From positions 39,365 through 103,364 of the forward strand of contig CAZUXE010000001.1 in NCBI GenBank assembly GCA_964624585.1: a stretch of DNA of 64,000 bases. The letters are read 5' to 3'. Positions 18,947-28,491 of the stretch are shown here, piece by piece; positions within the stretch are counted from its first letter, which is position 1, and each line of letters starts with the position of its first letter. The notes below the pieces were generated by a model. That model was not told the origin of the DNA. It was given only the letters and a program-made list of their open reading frames with translations, and did no database searches. Position numbers and translations under genes: made by a program. The DNA is from an uncultured bacterium (GTDB taxonomy: Bacteria; Hydrothermota; Tepidihabitantia; B3-TA06).

Positions 18947-20190
18947 ATTTCATACGCTTTACCAACATCTTCATCTGCTGCTGCCAGAGATTCTATATCT
19001 TTCCCTTGAAGCACCGCATCAACCACTTTTCGCGAAGTTCTGGCTCCTGCACAGGTACCTGAAGGATGACCATGGATACCGCCACCCTGCATTATTGCCG
19101 CATCACGTCCAAAGTTGCCCATAATTGCTGGGATAAGGAAGGGATGAACGCCTCCTGAGGCAACTGAAAGAACTGGTTTTATTGAACCCCAATCCTGTCC
19201 CAGCCATACTCCACTAGCTTCCACTTTCTGTTTGTTCATCTCTTCATGCATTCTAAGAATCTCTTCTTTATTACCTTCCATTTTGCCAACAATAGTTCCA
19301 ATGTGTAACTGATCTACTCCGGCAAAACGGCAGAATTTTGAAAACGCAAGGGTACTCATACCGTGATCTGGAACACGAGTAAATGCCGCATACATTGCCC
19401 TATGGGCATGGATGGCTAATCCACCAGCATGTTTTCGCAACATTTGTACAGCAGCAAATCCTGCTGTAACAACGTCAATCATCACATAGCGAGAACCGGC
19501 CTTCTTCGCCATTTCCAACCTTTTAAGCATTTCATCGGCAGGCGCTGTAACGTTAGGCATATAACCTTTGGATTCACCTGTCTCCTGTTGCGCTTTTTCA
19601 GCGGCTTCAAGAGAAAGCTTGAGTCTTCGCTCAAAACGGTTGAATTCCTGATTGGTAAGATTCTCATCATCCTTGACAATATCGCAACCACCTAACATTG
19701 CCTCATAGAGTACCTCGGCGAATTGTTCAGATGAAAGTCCAACCTTTGGCTTCACTATTGTTCCAATTAAAGGTCTATCTTTAACTCCAAGCATTTCGCG
19801 TACCCCGTCCCTACCTAAGGCCGGGCCCGAAAAACTATCTACCAGAACTTTGGGAAGCTGAAAATCTTCCAGCCTTAGCCTTTCTACCGCTTTCATACCA
19901 TAGATATTACCTGCAATTGACGAGAGTATTTGAGGAATAGAGCCTTTTTCAAACAATTGAGATGGATAGGCTATCCATACATAGGGAGGCTCCATTTTAT
20001 AAGCATGGGGTTTTAAGGTTTCAGCGACCTTTGCTATCATTGTGGATACTTCTGTCCAAGTTCCAATAGACGATTCCCCAACCAATGCTTCTACTGTCTC
20101 CTCAAAACTTTTTCCCAAAGCCGGTTTAAGCTTAAAAACTGTCAAAAGGTCATTTTCCGGAGGCTTATAATCTAAATCCAAATATTCCAT
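18925..20190 (-). CDS. rbcL: Ribulose-1,5-bisphosphate carboxylase/oxygenase large subunit, short form-III-like (421 aa)
   Basis: All canonical active-site blocks are present: ESSIGTWT; GNIYGMK (Asn123); GTIVKPKVGLS (Lys175/177); DIVKDDENL (carbamylated Lys201, Asp203, Glu204); IHAHRAMYA (His294/Arg295); HIGTIVGKMEG (His327/Lys334); VASGGVHP (Ser379); GGGIHGHP (Gly403/404). No rbcS is adjacent. Confidence 0.9.
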   Translation of the reverse strand: MEYLDLDYKPPENDLLTVFKLKPALGKSFEETVEALVGESSIGTWTEVSTMIAKVAETLKPHAYKMEPPYVWIAYPSQLFEKGSIPQILSSIAGNIYGMKAVERLRLEDFQLPKVLVDSFSGPALGRDGVREMLGVKDRPLIGTIVKPKVGLSSEQFAEVLYEAMLGGCDIVKDDENLTNQEFNRFERRLKLSLEAAEKAQQETGESKGYMPNVTAPADEMLKRLEMAKKAGSRYVMIDVVTAGFAAVQMLRKHAGGLAIHAHRAMYAAFTRVPDHGMSTLAFSKFCRFAGVDQLHIGTIVGKMEGNKEEILRMHEEMNKQKVEASGVWLGQDWGSIKPVLSVASGGVHPFLIPAIMGNFGRDAAIMQGGGIHGHPSGTCAGARTSRKVVDAVLQGKDIESLAAADEDVGKAYEIWGKKKW

Positions 20191-20219
20191 AATTCACTCC
20201 TTTAATTATCTTTATCTAC

Positions 20220-20247
20220 AGTATAGAATTAATTCGGTGTTGGTCAA
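20220..20247 (-). promoter_or_regulatory. Sigma70-type promoter for the rbcL-prk operon
   Basis: Minus-strand -35 TTGACC (20247-20242), 16-nt spacer, -10 TATACT (20225-20220). RBS aaaggag lies 6 nt before the rbcL ATG. Confidence 0.55.
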
Positions 20248-20250
20248 ACT

Positions 20251-20286
20251 CTATAATAAAAAAGGGGAAAGCCTATGGCTTTCCCC
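20251..20286 (-). terminator. Rho-independent (bidirectional-looking) terminator for the C25 peptidase gene
   Basis: Hairpin ggggaaagcc-tat-ggctttcccc flanked by an A-run on + and a T-run on the minus strand (ttttttattatag). Confidence 0.7.
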
Positions 20287-20308
20287 TTGGGTTAAATTTT
20301 TGTATAAA

Positions 20309-22687
20309 TTAACGTATCACTACAGCTTTTGTAGTGGTAGTGTTATTTTCAGTTTGAAGAGTAATGAAGTAGGAACCAGAGGCTAAATTGTGAGTATCCC
20401 AATTCAGACTATGGGAACCAGCTGTAAGTTTACCTTCAGCCAAGGTAGCTACTTTTCTACCTGCTACATCCCAGACCTTTATTGTAATATCTTCAAAGGT
20501 AGGTATGGAGAAGTTTACGGTATAGTTAGAGCTAACTTCTAATGCTAATGAAGGCTTAAGAACAAAAGAATTATCTTCAACGCCTCCGCTTGGTATTGTG
20601 CCATCGCGTCCAAAGTGACGCAATGCAGGATCACCAAACAAGGTATGTTCATAGGTGTTTATAAATCGCATGCTTGCCGAACCTTCAGAATGATAGTATT
20701 GGAGTCGTCCTGCATCTACAGCATCACCGATAACATTATCGTAGGCAGTATTTTTAAGGTAATTATTACTCACATAATAATAGAGAGCGTTCTGGCCGCC
20801 TTGCCCTGGGCCGCTCCAACCTTCTCTACCCAATGCGGAACGGGTATGGGCTACAACAGCTACACTGCCTTTGTTAAGTAGAGCCTGAGCCAAACAATTT
20901 GCCGATTCAAGATGGCCGTTAAGACAAGACATAAGAAAAGCTACGTTGGGAGTATTGTCGTTGAGCTTATATACATCACCGCTACTTAAGGCAACAACGC
21001 CATCAACATCTCTATTGTTTCCTTTTTCTCTGGGTACACCGTCACCGTCATCCTTCCAAACCATGCGGGCAAAAGAGTTCTTCGAACCATGATTGTTCTC
21101 AAAGAATAAACCGTGGTTCGGTTGATTAAGGGCAGCGATAAGATTTTTATTTGTAAAAGGAGTATCACAGGCATATTGAGATGGACCATTACCCTCTTTT
21201 TCATACATAGTATAGGCAAGTTTATCATCTACTATCTTATTTGTTTGCAGGAATTCCATCATATGTGCGCCATCATAACCAGGTCCGCCGCGGCCATCAC
21301 GATTTGGATACCACAAAATCCCGCCTGCCATTACCGCTGATTTCTTGTAAGCGTCGTCCTTATTATTTTCAAACAGCCATGTTTTTTTAAGAATAGCTGT
21401 AACCTTCGTCGAATAAGAAGTATTTATACGACCAACGTGGAGTTCCATTTCGATGTCAGGAGCATCCTGCATATCCACACCTGGAGGAGTACTATTATTA
21501 AGTGCCTCTCCGTAATAGTTATCGCCGTCTTTATTCCATGACCCAGGGTCATCTTTTGAAAGATCGCCGTAATAGATATCAGAAGGTATAGAAGATAAAT
21601 CTTTATAGTATTCAGGTGGATTATTATTGTTAAAACAAGTTAGCATCCGAGCGGGGATATTGGCGAAATGGCCAATAATCAAAAGATATTGATAATCGGA
21701 AGCATTATCTCTAAGATAATATCTTATTTTTTGCGGTAAATCAACGCCGGTACCCTGAGCTGCAATTGTTTCAACTGTAACTACGTCAACATCAAATCCG
21801 GTGCTTTTACGCCATGATACGTAATCTTCAATAACCGATTTCAGTTTATCCAAAGTAATAATTAGCATCTTCTTGTTAGCAAGCAAGCGTGCTGAAGGCT
21901 TATACCATTTGCGTGCCTGATCTTTATTGTACACATCTTGAGGCACATCTGCTTCAATAGTTCCTGCATTTATGAAACGCGATACAAATTCGGCATGTTT
22001 TGCATTAACTGGTGCGTAATGAATTCTTATGGTAATAGTTTTCGCAAAAGACAATTTCCCAGTAGATGGTTCGTAGTAAAAAGGATGCAAGGCAACAGTT
22101 GCCAAAGAATACTCGCGACGTTCACCTTTTGCATATTCTTGCCCAACTGCGTCACTTAGTTTTTCAGCTCCAGAATATACACGTTGCTTGTTTTTTTCGT
22201 AAAGCTCATAGTATTTTGAGATTTCTTCAGAAGATGCCGATAAAGGTAGGCTTGGCAGGGCTGCTTCAATGGTATAGGTTCCCTCAAGTGGCATACGATT
22301 TGCAACAACTTCCACGTCTGTAATTTCGGTTCCCGGTGGAAGAGCAAAGGTATAGGTAGGCATAGGAAGCATTGGATATCCAGCTATCATACTATAGCCG
22401 ACATTATCCATCTTAATTCTAATATCACCATTTTGTAGGGTGATTAAATCATACGAAGGTACATCAATATTGTACTCAAGGATACCGGTTGAACTGCAAA
22501 GTTCAACTCCAGCGGCAAGCTTCTTGGAACCGCCAGTATTAGCCATAAGCGGGATTGCAGCCAGTAACACAATCCCTAATATGAAGATTTTCTTCATTAG
22601 TAGACTCCTAACTTGAAAGTTTGAATTTATTCTGTAATTAGGTTTTTCTTTCATAATAATTAACTCCTTTCCACCCCCAGCATCCAA
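20309..22687 (-). CDS. Secreted peptidase C25 (gingipain-like) family protein with a T9SS C-terminal sorting domain
   Basis: Signal peptide. C25-like core (LLIIGHFANIPARMLT...SDIYYGDLSKDD...NYYGE). C-terminal CTD (…SGSYFITLQTENNTTTTKAVVIR). Confidence 0.65.
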   Translation of the reverse strand: MDAGGGKELIIMKEKPNYRINSNFQVRSLLMKKIFILGIVLLAAIPLMANTGGSKKLAAGVELCSSTGILEYNIDVPSYDLITLQNGDIRIKMDNVGYSMIAGYPMLPMPTYTFALPPGTEITDVEVVANRMPLEGTYTIEAALPSLPLSASSEEISKYYELYEKNKQRVYSGAEKLSDAVGQEYAKGERREYSLATVALHPFYYEPSTGKLSFAKTITIRIHYAPVNAKHAEFVSRFINAGTIEADVPQDVYNKDQARKWYKPSARLLANKKMLIITLDKLKSVIEDYVSWRKSTGFDVDVVTVETIAAQGTGVDLPQKIRYYLRDNASDYQYLLIIGHFANIPARMLTCFNNNNPPEYYKDLSSIPSDIYYGDLSKDDPGSWNKDGDNYYGEALNNSTPPGVDMQDAPDIEMELHVGRINTSYSTKVTAILKKTWLFENNKDDAYKKSAVMAGGILWYPNRDGRGGPGYDGAHMMEFLQTNKIVDDKLAYTMYEKEGNGPSQYACDTPFTNKNLIAALNQPNHGLFFENNHGSKNSFARMVWKDDGDGVPREKGNNRDVDGVVALSSGDVYKLNDNTPNVAFLMSCLNGHLESANCLAQALLNKGSVAVVAHTRSALGREGWSGPGQGGQNALYYYVSNNYLKNTAYDNVIGDAVDAGRLQYYHSEGSASMRFINTYEHTLFGDPALRHFGRDGTIPSGGVEDNSFVLKPSLALEVSSNYTVNFSIPTFEDITIKVWDVAGRKVATLAEGKLTAGSHSLNWDTHNLASGSYFITLQTENNTTTTKAVVIR

Positions 22688-22893
22688 CCTCTAAATAATT
22701 TGACGTTCATCTATAGGAAAAGTTCCTTATAGATGCAAAATGCAAAGACTTTGATTACAAATTATTATAATACTAATGCTCCATTTGGCAACCCCTTTTT
22801 CGGGAAAAGATATACTTATAGCAAAAGACATACTAATTTCAAATAAGCTATGAGTATATGCTCTCTTGCCGATTTTTCAGAACCACAGGGGAC

Positions 22894-22921
22894 TTGACAG
22901 CATCAATCTACTTCCTATAAT
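22894..22921 (+). promoter_or_regulatory. Consensus sigma70 promoter
   Basis: -35 TTGACA (22894-22899), 16-nt spacer, -10 TATAAT (22916-22921). RBS ggagg lies 8 nt before the ATG at 22951. Confidence 0.65.
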
Positions 22922-22950
22922 CGCGCCACAAAGGTTTCGGAGGACTAAGA

Positions 22951-23280
22951 ATGATTGAAATTGAATGCCCAACGTGCGAGTCTAAGATAATCATACAGAA
23001 AAAGCTTCATGTAGGCGATAGAATAGAATGCAAAGAATGTGGGGAGATACTGCAAATTTTGTCAACCAATCCCATAGAGGTTGATTATTGGGATTCTTCT
23101 GAAGGAGAAGATAGCGACTTATACGCCTATTACTTGTCCGATGACGAGTTATCTGATATCGGACTTAGTAAATTTACATCGAAATGCGATGAAGAGAATG
23201 AATCCTTTGAGCTACCTGACAGTAGTTCACTTTTCGGCGACTGTGACGACGAATCTGATACCGATGAAGATAATAATTAA
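22951..23280 (+). CDS. Small zinc-ribbon protein with a long acidic C-terminal tail (LysW-like architecture)
   Basis: CPTCE...CKECG four-Cys ribbon in the first 35 aa. The remaining ~70 aa are extremely acidic (…DSDLYAYYLSDDELSDIG…DCDDESDTDEDNN). Expressed from a perfect consensus promoter. Confidence 0.5.
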   Translation: MIEIECPTCESKIIIQKKLHVGDRIECKECGEILQILSTNPIEVDYWDSSEGEDSDLYAYYLSDDELSDIGLSKFTSKCDEENESFELPDSSSLFGDCDDESDTDEDNN

Positions 23281-23465
23281 ATGCAACAATTGATGATTAT
23301 TGCCAAGTGTTATCCTTAGCGATTTGGGCAATTTTAGCCATTTTATTCTTAAAGCGAGCGTAATTACAATCCATTGTTACCTTATTCAAGTCGTTTTCCA
23401 CAAAAAAGCTTAGCTTCAGCCACGTTTTGAGGTTAATTGTTAACAAAATATGAAGCAGGGAGTAA

Positions 23466-23518
23466 AGTCCAAAGTCTTAAGAATAAGTTTTGAACTTTAT
23501 TTACCAAGACTTTGTTTT
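23466..23518 (+). terminator. Structured element / probable intrinsic terminator (nested palindromes followed by a T-run)
   Basis: Outer stem caaagtctt ... aagactttg followed by ttttt; inner palindrome aagttttgaactt. Lies about 190 nt downstream of the zinc-ribbon gene stop. Confidence 0.4.
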
Positions 23519-23674
23519 TACTAAGCTTATTCTTTAATTAAACTAATTCTTTTAAGCAGAGAGTAGTAACTTAGAGAGTCTTTTCGCTAGAAAAGTTATT
23601 ATTTATAGTAAGCATTGCGAAAACTCATACGCTAAAACTTGACATTAACCCCTATGCGGGCTAAAATCTCTTGG

Positions 23675-24991
23675 ATGACTAAATTCAGCATTTCCGGTTT
23701 ACGTGGAGTTGTAGGTAGCGATCTTACAACTTTGGATTTTGCAAGCGTTTCAAATGCCTTCTGTCGTTTTATGAAGGCTGAAAAAATGCTGCTTGCACGT
23801 GATGCGCGAATTACAGGCGAAATGATTCACTGTGCTGCCGTTGCAGGAATAATGTCTGCCGGCTGTCAACTTACAGACGCCGGTATGGTTACTACACCAA
23901 CTGCTGTTTTTGCTGTCTTAAAATCAGGTGCGAATGCAGGTATAGTAATTACCGCAAGTCACAACCCCCAAGACCAGAATGGACTAAAATTTCTTGAATC
24001 AGGGCGTTTCCTTGCTCCTCACACAAGCTCTCAGCTGGTTAAGTATGTGGGGGTTGCAAAATTTGTACAGGTTGATGCGCAATTAATTAAACCGCTTGAG
24101 AAATTTGACGCCCAGTCCGTCCATAGGGATGCGTTGTTATCGCTTTTTCCCTCTAATTCGTTAGAGCCACGCTTGAAAATAGGTCTTGACCCGGTCAACG
24201 GCGCTGCTGGACCTGAAGCGCTTGAAATTCTTAAAGCGCTTAATTGCGAAGTGCATACCATTAACTTCACGCCTAACGGTCGTTTTGCCAGAGGAGGCGA
24301 ACCTGTGCCTGAAAATCTGGATAACTTGCAGTCCTTAGTTAAGGAAAAGAATTTAGATATAGGCTTTGCCTTTGATCCTGATGGCGACAGGTTGGCTTTT
24401 ATAGATGAAACCGGTTGTCCGCCAGGGGAAGAGTATACTATTCCCCTATGTACAAAATGGGGTGTTGAAAACAAGAAAGGCGACATTGTTGTGAATATGT
24501 CAACATCAAGATTAATAGAATCAATTGCTAAAGATGCAGGAGTTGCAGTCCATAGAACACCTGTAGGAGAAGCACATGTGGTTGAAAGACTTTTGAAGAT
24601 TGACGGTTCCTGTGGTGGTGAAGGAAACGGCGGGTTTATTTTCCCTGAATTTAACGCTACCCGTGATGGTCTTTTGGCAATGGCTGTTCTGGTTGCACTC
24701 AAACGGAAGCATAGAAGGCTTTCTGATATAGTAAATTCACTTCCCACCTATCATCGTTTTAAGGAAAAGTTGAATATCCCATTTACGTCAAATCTTGTAG
24801 AAAAAGTTGCATCACTGTATCCTTCAGGAAACTGTGATTATCAAGACGGGTTATGGATAGGAGAGCAAGATTTCTGGCTGCATCTACGTCCTTCCAACAC
24901 CGAACCTATTGTAAGGCTTCTTATAGAAGCTTCATCAAAAGAACTAGGTGAGCAAATTTCTAAACAGGTTAAAACAATATGTGTGGAATAG
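23675..24991 (+). CDS. glmM: Phosphoglucosamine mutase-like phosphohexomutase (GlmM/PMM family)
   Basis: Active-site phosphoserine loop ITASHNPQDQNGLKF. Four-domain phosphohexomutase length. Directly upstream of, and overlapping, glmS. Start moved to the ATG at 23675 because a promoter overlaps the ORF-track TTG start. Confidence 0.7.
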   Translation: MTKFSISGLRGVVGSDLTTLDFASVSNAFCRFMKAEKMLLARDARITGEMIHCAAVAGIMSAGCQLTDAGMVTTPTAVFAVLKSGANAGIVITASHNPQDQNGLKFLESGRFLAPHTSSQLVKYVGVAKFVQVDAQLIKPLEKFDAQSVHRDALLSLFPSNSLEPRLKIGLDPVNGAAGPEALEILKALNCEVHTINFTPNGRFARGGEPVPENLDNLQSLVKEKNLDIGFAFDPDGDRLAFIDETGCPPGEEYTIPLCTKWGVENKKGDIVVNMSTSRLIESIAKDAGVAVHRTPVGEAHVVERLLKIDGSCGGEGNGGFIFPEFNATRDGLLAMAVLVALKRKHRRLSDIVNSLPTYHRFKEKLNIPFTSNLVEKVASLYPSGNCDYQDGLWIGEQDFWLHLRPSNTEPIVRLLIEASSKELGEQISKQVKTICVE

Positions 24992-26814
24992 TAGGATATT
25001 TAGGAAACCGTGATATAGAATCCGTAATAATGGTTGGCCTTGAACGTCTGGAGTACAGAGGATATGATTCATGCGGAATGGCTATGGTCAACGAAGGTAA
25101 AATAGATATTACAAAAGTTACTGGACGTTTGCAGAACCTTAAAGACGCTCTGGCAAAGCAACCGTTGACCGGTTCGGTAGGTATAGGACATACTCGCTGG
25201 GCAACACATGGTCCTGTAAAAAAAAGTAACGCCCACCCATTTACCGACACTTCAGGACAATTCGCAGTTGTACACAACGGCATATTGGAAAATCATGCAC
25301 AACTCAGAAAGCAACTTGAATCCAAGGGGATTAAATTTACTTCTGATACCGATTCTGAAATAATTCCTCATCTTCTTGCACTACACTATAAGGGAGATTT
25401 TCTTAAAGCGGTATTAAAAATGGTTAAGCATCTTAAAGGCAGTTTTGCCCTTGCTGCAATTTCAAAAAATAATCCGGATACCTTGATAGGAGTAAGATTA
25501 GGCTCACCTTTAGTTGCCGGTCTTGGAAATGACGAATTTGCAATAGCTTCCGATTCCCTTGCACTGGTAGGTATTACTCAAAAAATGGTTGCTCTTGATG
25601 ATGGTCAAATTTTGGTACTTAAAAAAGGACAACAACTTCCCGAAGTTTTCGGTTTTGACGGCAAAAGTATTGACTTTCAGATAGCGCCTATCGAATTTAA
25701 GGTGAAAGCGGTATCTAAAGGACATTATCGTCATTTTATGAGAAAGGAAATATTCGAACAGCCAGAGGTCATAAAAAATAATATTGAACATAAAATACGC
25801 AATGGTCGAATTTCCTTAGGCTCCGCCTTCCGCTTTTATCCTGAAGAGATGGAAGATTTCGACCGTATACTTATTCAAGCGTGTGGAACCAGTTATCATG
25901 CCGGATTAGTTGCTCAATATCTAATTGAACATTTTTGCAAAATGCACGTACAGGTAGAGATAGCCTCTGAACTTATCGATCGTACTCCTGTGTTCGGAGA
26001 ACATGATTTAATGATAGCTATCAGTCAATCAGGTGAAACCGCCGATACCTTAGCCGCTCTTCGTGCCGCGCGCCAAAATACAGATCTCAAGGTACTTTCT
26101 ATAATTAATGTTAAGCGAACATCACTTGATAGGGAATCAGATTCTTCCATATATATACATGCAGGGCCCGAAATAGGCGTAGCTTCCACAAAAGCCTATA
26201 CTTCACAGCTATTTTCTCTTTTAGTCTTCGCCCTTGAACTGGCTCGCAAAAAAGGAACCCTCAATTCCCGAAAGATTAAAGAAATAAAAGAAGTTCTGCG
26301 TAAACTACCTGAACAGATATCCCATGTACTAAAGCAGGATCGTAAAATTAGAGAAATTGCCAAAAGTTTTCAGAAGCGTAACTCTTATTTATTCCTCGGA
26401 AGGGGCGTGAATTATCCTACAGCGCTTGAGGGGGCGCTGAAACTTAAAGAAATAAGTTACGTACATGCAACTGGTTATCCGGCTGGTGAAATGAAGCATG
26501 GCCCTATTTCTTTAATAGATTCAAAAACACCTGTGGTAGTTGTAGCTCCCAAGGATGCAAGCTACGATAAAATGATGTCGAATATAGAAGAGGTGGCGGC
26601 TCGTAAGGGACAGATTATAGCCGTAGGTACTGCAGGAGACAGCGAACTGGCCTCTAAGTCTGCGGCATTTATTCCTGTCCCTGATGCTCCAAGTTACATA
26701 TTACCGTTTCTTACCGTCATCCCCCTACAACTCTTGGCATATCATACTGCGGTATTTAGAGGATGCGACGTAGATAAACCTCGCAATTTAGCTAAAAGCG
26801 TAACAGTTGAGTAG
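24979..26814 (+). CDS. glmS: Glutamine--fructose-6-phosphate aminotransferase (isomerising)
   Basis: N-terminal MCGIVGY (catalytic Cys2), two SIS domains and a C-terminal ...VTVE. Confidence 0.95.
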   Translation: MCGIVGYLGNRDIESVIMVGLERLEYRGYDSCGMAMVNEGKIDITKVTGRLQNLKDALAKQPLTGSVGIGHTRWATHGPVKKSNAHPFTDTSGQFAVVHNGILENHAQLRKQLESKGIKFTSDTDSEIIPHLLALHYKGDFLKAVLKMVKHLKGSFALAAISKNNPDTLIGVRLGSPLVAGLGNDEFAIASDSLALVGITQKMVALDDGQILVLKKGQQLPEVFGFDGKSIDFQIAPIEFKVKAVSKGHYRHFMRKEIFEQPEVIKNNIEHKIRNGRISLGSAFRFYPEEMEDFDRILIQACGTSYHAGLVAQYLIEHFCKMHVQVEIASELIDRTPVFGEHDLMIAISQSGETADTLAALRAARQNTDLKVLSIINVKRTSLDRESDSSIYIHAGPEIGVASTKAYTSQLFSLLVFALELARKKGTLNSRKIKEIKEVLRKLPEQISHVLKQDRKIREIAKSFQKRNSYLFLGRGVNYPTALEGALKLKEISYVHATGYPAGEMKHGPISLIDSKTPVVVVAPKDASYDKMMSNIEEVAARKGQIIAVGTAGDSELASKSAAFIPVPDAPSYILPFLTVIPLQLLAYHTAVFRGCDVDKPRNLAKSVTVE

Positions 26815-26927
26815 GGGTTATTTAGCGTTAGGTTGGGAACACGGGGGTTGTGGTATACAAAAGATTACATATAATACTCTTAAAAATATTCGGTTCAATC
26901 ATTTTTGAGTGTATTCAAGGAGGATGA

Positions 26928-28013
26928 ATGACTAAGAGTGTAAAATCTAACAAGGAATTGAATAATCGGCAAAAAGCTTTAGATACAGCAATTAGCCAAA
27001 TTCATAAACAATACGGTAAGGGCGCCATAATGAGACTGGGGGAAAACCCAATTGGTCTTGGAATTCAGGTTATACCAACAGGTTCTCTTACTCTAGACGC
27101 AGCGTTAGGAATAGGCGGTCTACCTAGAGGTAGGCTTATTGAAATATTTGGGCCTGAAGCTTCGGGAAAAACCACTATTGCCCTACAGGCTGTAGCCAAC
27201 GTTCAAAAACAAGGAGGGCAAGCGGCATTTATCGATACTGAACATGCCCTTGACCCTATCTACGCACAGGCGCTTGGGGTGAATCTTGATGAATTACTCC
27301 TTTCTCAACCCGATGCAGGGGAACAAGCTTTAGAGATTGCAGAAATTCTTACCCGCTCTGGCGGAATTGATTTATTTGTTCTCGATTCTGTTGCCGCTTT
27401 GGTACCGCGAGCTGAAATTGAAGGTGAAATGGGCGATGCCCATGTGGGACTTCAAGCGCGTCTTATGTCACAAGCTTTAAGGAAATTGACTTCCGTTATT
27501 TCTCAATCTAATACCTGCGCAATCTTTACTAATCAAATAAGAATGAAGATAGGCGTAATGTGGGGAAACCCTGAGACGACACCTGGCGGTTTGGCATTAA
27601 AGTTCCATTCTTCAGTACGCTTAGATATTCGCCGTATTGCCGCTATCAAGAAAGGCGACGAGGTTGTGGGTAACCGAACCAGAGTCAAAGTGGTGAAGAA
27701 CAAGTTGGCTCCGCCCTTCAAACAAGCGGAATTCGATATCATGTACGGCAAGGGTGTTAACTACCTAGGCGAACTAGTCGATAAAGGTGTTGAATTGGGA
27801 TTTGTGCAGAAGTCTGGAACTTGGTTTTCATACGGTGATGAACGAATGGGACAGGGTCGTGATGCGGCTATAGGTTTTCTTACCGAAAATCCGAAAGCCA
27901 AAGAACAGCTTGAAAAACAGGTTCGCGACAATCTTTTCCCTTCACGAGACCTAAAGGAATCAACTGACTCTTCAAAAAAAGGCAAATCGGCTAAGGAATT
28001 AACAGAGGAGTGA
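26928..28013 (+). CDS. recA: Recombinase RecA
   Basis: Walker A ([16 protein letters not shown]). Conserved RecA blocks ([33 protein letters not shown]). Confidence 0.95.
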   Translation: MTKSVKSNKELNNRQKALDTAISQIHKQYGKGAIMRLGENPIGLGIQVIPTGSLTLDAALGIGGLPRGRLIEIFGPEASGKTTIALQAVANVQKQGGQAAFIDTEHALDPIYAQALGVNLDELLLSQPDAGEQALEIAEILTRSGGIDLFVLDSVAALVPRAEIEGEMGDAHVGLQARLMSQALRKLTSVISQSNTCAIFTNQIRMKIGVMWGNPETTPGGLALKFHSSVRLDIRRIAAIKKGDEVVGNRTRVKVVKNKLAPPFKQAEFDIMYGKGVNYLGELVDKGVELGFVQKSGTWFSYGDERMGQGRDAAIGFLTENPKAKEQLEKQVRDNLFPSRDLKESTDSSKKGKSAKELTEE

Positions 28014-28029
28014 GTGTTTACAGGTTTTC

Positions 28030-28491
28030 ATGAAACCGGTAGATGAAAAGGATAAAATTCATACTGCCGCTCTGCGTTTGTTAAAGTATCGCGATAGAAG
28101 TGTTGCTGAATTGCGTGAACGTCTGCGTCGCAAAGGGTTTAATCCTGAAAGCGTTGAAAATGAACTTCAGACACTTTTAGATAATAATTTCTTAAATGAC
28201 CAGCGCTTTACGGAAATATGGATACGGCATAAACTGACTATTTCCCGAAAGGGAAAGAAAATAATTCGCGCCGAACTTGCGGCAAAGGGAATTTCCTCCC
28301 GGCTTTTTCTTGAAGTTTGGTCGAAATACCGGGATGCGGAAATTGCCTCGGCACGTGCCTTTACTTTGGCAAAAGCAGCCGGATTCAATTTACTTGATTC
28401 GTTCAAACGACGGGGTAAACTTAGGCAAGCCCTTTATAGAAGGGGATATTCTGCCAAAGCTATAGAAGAAGCACTTAAGGAGATTCAATGA
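28030..28491 (+). CDS. recX: Recombination regulator RecX
   Basis: ~150-aa helical repeat protein (LLKYRDRSVAELRERLRRKGF...) directly downstream of recA. Confidence 0.8.
   Translation: MKPVDEKDKIHTAALRLLKYRDRSVAELRERLRRKGFNPESVENELQTLLDNNFLNDQRFTEIWIRHKLTISRKGKKIIRAELAAKGISSRLFLEVWSKYRDAEIASARAFTLAKAAGFNLLDSFKRRGKLRQALYRRGYSAKAIEEALKEIQ

Noticed and set aside
18925-20190. Considered whether the RuBisCO homologue is a form-IV RuBisCO-like protein (methionine-salvage or other non-carboxylating function)
   Set aside because: All carboxylase active-site residues, including Lys201 in KDDE and Lys175 in KPK, are conserved, and it is co-operonic with PRK. RLPs characteristically lack several of these.
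24031-24747. 238-aa ORF antisense to glmM, plus smaller nested ORFs
   Set aside because: Entirely inside a well-supported phosphohexomutase gene, with no start context. Judged spurious.
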